A stretch of 20,000 bases of DNA, taken from the sequence record SRR31156797_8254; one strand, given 5' to 3'. The position numbers were made by a program, and so were the translations under genes. Positions 17,717 through 20,000 of the stretch are shown in pieces. The first letter of the stretch is position 1; every line of letters starts with the position of its first letter. The notes under the pieces are model-generated. The model saw only the letters and a program-made list of their open reading frames with translations. It was not told the DNA's origin and made no database searches.

Positions 17717-18477
17717 AAAGAAATCTATTGCTTGTATTGAATATATTGATCTTTATATCAGGGATATTCGCCGTTGACTATCAGGCTCTTCTGGCTAAGG
17801 CAGATACGCTTGTAAATTATCCCGGAAGGGATTTTGCCGGGGAATATACAATCGTTCAGGACATACCTGGTGAAGAACGAAGCATCACTGTTGCAGCAGT
17901 ATTTCGCAGGGATAGTGAAGATACTTATGTCATTGTAATCAAAGAACCCTCTGTGAACAAAGGGCAAGGTTATCTGAAAAAGGGCGAAACCCTTTGGTTC
18001 TTCGATCCTGACAGCAGGAGATTTAATTCAACCAGTAGCAAGGATAGGTTTCAGAATTCTAATGCAAGAAACTCTGACTTCACGAGAAGCACTTTGTCTG
18101 AGGACTATGATGTCGTGAAGGGTGAAGAGGCGAGGTTGGGAAAATTCGATTGCTGGCTGCTTAGTCTTGAGGCAAACAACGGTCAGGTTACCTATCCAAA
18201 GATGAAAATATGGATAAGCAAGGACGGGCTTGTTCGCAAGAGCGAAGACTACAGCTTGTCTGGACAGCTGATGAGAACCACGGCTATACCAGATTACTAT
18301 TCAGTTGAGGGGTTCTTTATTCCCAAAAGGTTGCTATTTGTTGATGCTCTCCGTGGAGCCACAATCAATGGTAAATTTCGAAACGAAAAGACTCAGATAA
18401 CGATTTCCAAACCTTCTTTCAAAGATCTTCCCGATTCTGTCTTTTCAAAATCATTCCTGGAAAATATGAATAGATGA
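17713..18477 (+). CDS. Outer-membrane lipoprotein-sorting protein (LolA-like fold), secreted
   Basis: GTG start with AGGAGG RBS at 17701-17706 and signal peptide MKRNLLLVLNILIFISGIFA. The pattern P...KGQGYLK..ETLWFFDP...R...F.NS...SDF, YPKMKIWI and YSLSGQLMRT matches the LolA_like family as I recall it. Confidence 0.8.
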   Translation: MKRNLLLVLNILIFISGIFAVDYQALLAKADTLVNYPGRDFAGEYTIVQDIPGEERSITVAAVFRRDSEDTYVIVIKEPSVNKGQGYLKKGETLWFFDPDSRRFNSTSSKDRFQNSNARNSDFTRSTLSEDYDVVKGEEARLGKFDCWLLSLEANNGQVTYPKMKIWISKDGLVRKSEDYSLSGQLMRTTAIPDYYSVEGFFIPKRLLFVDALRGATINGKFRNEKTQITISKPSFKDLPDSVFSKSFLENMNR

Positions 18478-19799
18478 GATTCCGATTTGTATTTCTGATC
18501 AGCCTCCTGTTCTGCGGCTCTTTCGTGATGGGGCAGGACTATAGTACGGAATTGATAGATGAAGATCTGGATTCTCTGTTTGACGAGCCTGAGGATGATT
18601 CTACAGGAAATGACAGTGAAGATGTATCAGATCCAGAGGTACTGGAAGAGGACACCACTTCGGTATTGGAGGACCTTGTAAAACAGACGGGGTTCACCTT
18701 TCAGGCGAACTATGCGTTTGTGGCCGGTTATTCACCCGGTTGGGGGGAGACTCCCTGGAACAGTGATAAGTCTGTCGATAAAAAAGACCGTACTGATTCT
18801 AATTACGGTTATTCTCAGGTGATAGGTGTAGACATGGGATCTTCCTTCAGTCTGGACTTTCAGTTATCACCCTCATTCAGAGTACATCAAACCTTTACTT
18901 TCACCTATCCGGAATATGACTTTGATATGAGCCAGTTCTGGGGCGCTTATAACTTAAAAGACTTCTTATATTTTAAGATAGGTCAACATGAGCCCAAATG
19001 GGGAATCGGAAGAAATTACAGTTTTACGAATTTGCTATCACGTATTCCAAACGGAGCCTCAGGTGGAGATGCTTATACCTTTCAGATCGATAAACCTCTG
19101 GGGGTCGGGGGATTGCAGCTCCTGGCTTATACTCGATCGGGATTTGTCGATAGCGGAAGTATGGAGGACATAACCTCTGATGACCTCGGATACGGTGCTA
19201 AATACAATATTGCCATTCCACAAGCCGATATAAGCATAGGTTCTCTCTATCATAAGGATATGGATCTGCGATCCTTCCTTTCCATCAGCACAACGCTCTG
19301 GGGGCGTACTGAGGTCTATACAGAAGGCCTTCTATCCGTAGATCAGAAAAAGTTAAACAATCATATTTTTTCCTATAACTTCGGTGTGTATGACGATTTT
19401 TTTGATGAAAGACTTTCTATAAACTACGAGTACTTCTGGAACGATGAGAAAGATATCTCTTATGTAGATGATGATGACGAATTGATTGTAGTAGAGAAGA
19501 GTCCTTATATTTACGGTCATAATATGGCCTTGAATATTGGTTACACCCCGGTCATAGGCTCTTCTTTTTCTCTTTTTTTCAGCGGTATGTACAACGTGAA
19601 TGAGGATACGGCTAAGATTATGCCGGGTATGAGAATGAAGCTGATGGACGACTTTAGCCTCTACTGTGCCGTTCCTATTGCTCTGGGTGATAGAGATGGA
19701 ACCTATTACAGAAGTAATTACGATGAGAATAATCGTCCCTTTGGCATAACCTTTGCTTTACGTTTGGATGGTGATTATAAATTCGGTTATTACAAATAG
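18474..19799 (+). CDS. Hypothetical exported protein, probable outer-membrane beta-barrel with acidic N-terminal tail
   Basis: Signal peptide, ~50 aa D/E-rich segment, then many alternating hydrophobic/aromatic strand-like segments (YFKIGQH..KWG, YGAKYNI, LSINYEYFWN, ALNIGYT, FGITFALRL) and an aromatic-rich C-terminus. Confidence 0.6.
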   Translation: MRFRFVFLISLLFCGSFVMGQDYSTELIDEDLDSLFDEPEDDSTGNDSEDVSDPEVLEEDTTSVLEDLVKQTGFTFQANYAFVAGYSPGWGETPWNSDKSVDKKDRTDSNYGYSQVIGVDMGSSFSLDFQLSPSFRVHQTFTFTYPEYDFDMSQFWGAYNLKDFLYFKIGQHEPKWGIGRNYSFTNLLSRIPNGASGGDAYTFQIDKPLGVGGLQLLAYTRSGFVDSGSMEDITSDDLGYGAKYNIAIPQADISIGSLYHKDMDLRSFLSISTTLWGRTEVYTEGLLSVDQKKLNNHIFSYNFGVYDDFFDERLSINYEYFWNDEKDISYVDDDDELIVVEKSPYIYGHNMALNIGYTPVIGSSFSLFFSGMYNVNEDTAKIMPGMRMKLMDDFSLYCAVPIALGDRDGTYYRSNYDENNRPFGITFALRLDGDYKFGYYK

Positions 19800-19847
19800 T
19801 GCATCTGTATATATTATAGTCAGTTTTATATTTAGGAAGAGTATCTA

Positions 19848-20000
19848 ATGAAAGGAATTATACTGGCCGGAGGCTCCGGTACAAGACTATATCCCGCGAC
19901 CAAGTCAATCTGTAAGCAGTTATTGCCTATCTTTGATAAACCTATGATCTACTATCCTCTATCCACGCTGATGCTGGCAGGGATAAAAGATATTCTGATT
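19848..20000 (+). CDS. rfbA: Glucose-1-phosphate thymidylyltransferase, 5' part only (runs off the window)
   Basis: Not in the ORF track. Manual translation from ATG 19848 gives [51 protein letters not shown], the canonical RmlA/RfbA N-terminus. AGGAAG RBS just upstream. Confidence 0.96.
   Translation, partial: MKGIILAGGSGTRLYPATKSICKQLLPIFDKPMIYYPLSTLMLAGIKDILI

Noticed and set aside
12454-19173. Alternative-frame plus-strand ORFs 12454-12750, 17212-17424 and 18988-19173
   Set aside because: Fully nested in longer, better-supported genes, with no motif support.
1701-19253. Short minus-strand ORFs (1701, 2518, 5963, 6546, 7810, 13347, 14321, 14675, 15235, 15651, 16135, 17308, 17758, 19059)
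   Set aside because: All lie antisense to well-supported genes, are 60-107 aa and show no recognisable motifs. They are most likely shadow ORFs.
1-20000. Absence of wzy polymerase and initiating phosphoglycosyl transferase
   Set aside because: The cluster extends beyond both window edges, so their absence here is uninformative.

Overview
All credible genes are on the + strand and tightly packed, many with ATGA/GTGA stop-start overlaps. Bases ~1-14286 are the interior of a Wzx/Wzz-type surface polysaccharide (O-antigen/glycolipid/capsule) cluster. It encodes a GT61-like transferase, a Wzx flippase, a hexapeptide acyltransferase, an AsnB-type amidotransferase, four GT2 glycosyltransferases, a SAM methyltransferase, a WbpA-like UDP-sugar 6-dehydrogenase and a Wzz-like protein. 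It also carries a WlbA/WbpB-like dehydrogenase, sugar N-formyltransferase and DegT aminotransferase trio. Directly overlapping the wzz stop is a five-gene envelope transport module (14283-19799): LolD/MacB-type ATPase, two FtsX/LolE-type permeases, a LolA-like 'lipoprotein-sorting' protein and a probable outer-membrane protein. Glycan genes then resume with rmlA/rfbA, which runs off the window end. The most notable points are (i) this Lol-like module embedded in the glycan operon, (ii) an acidic DLDSLF...STG motif shared by one permease and the outer-membrane protein, and (iii) a formyltransferase at the position where the N-acetyltransferase of the diamino-uronic acid pathway normally sits. 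The gene style tentatively suggests a spirochaete (inference). I saw no RNA genes, CRISPR arrays or intact mobile elements. All assignments come from motif recognition by eye, with no database searches.
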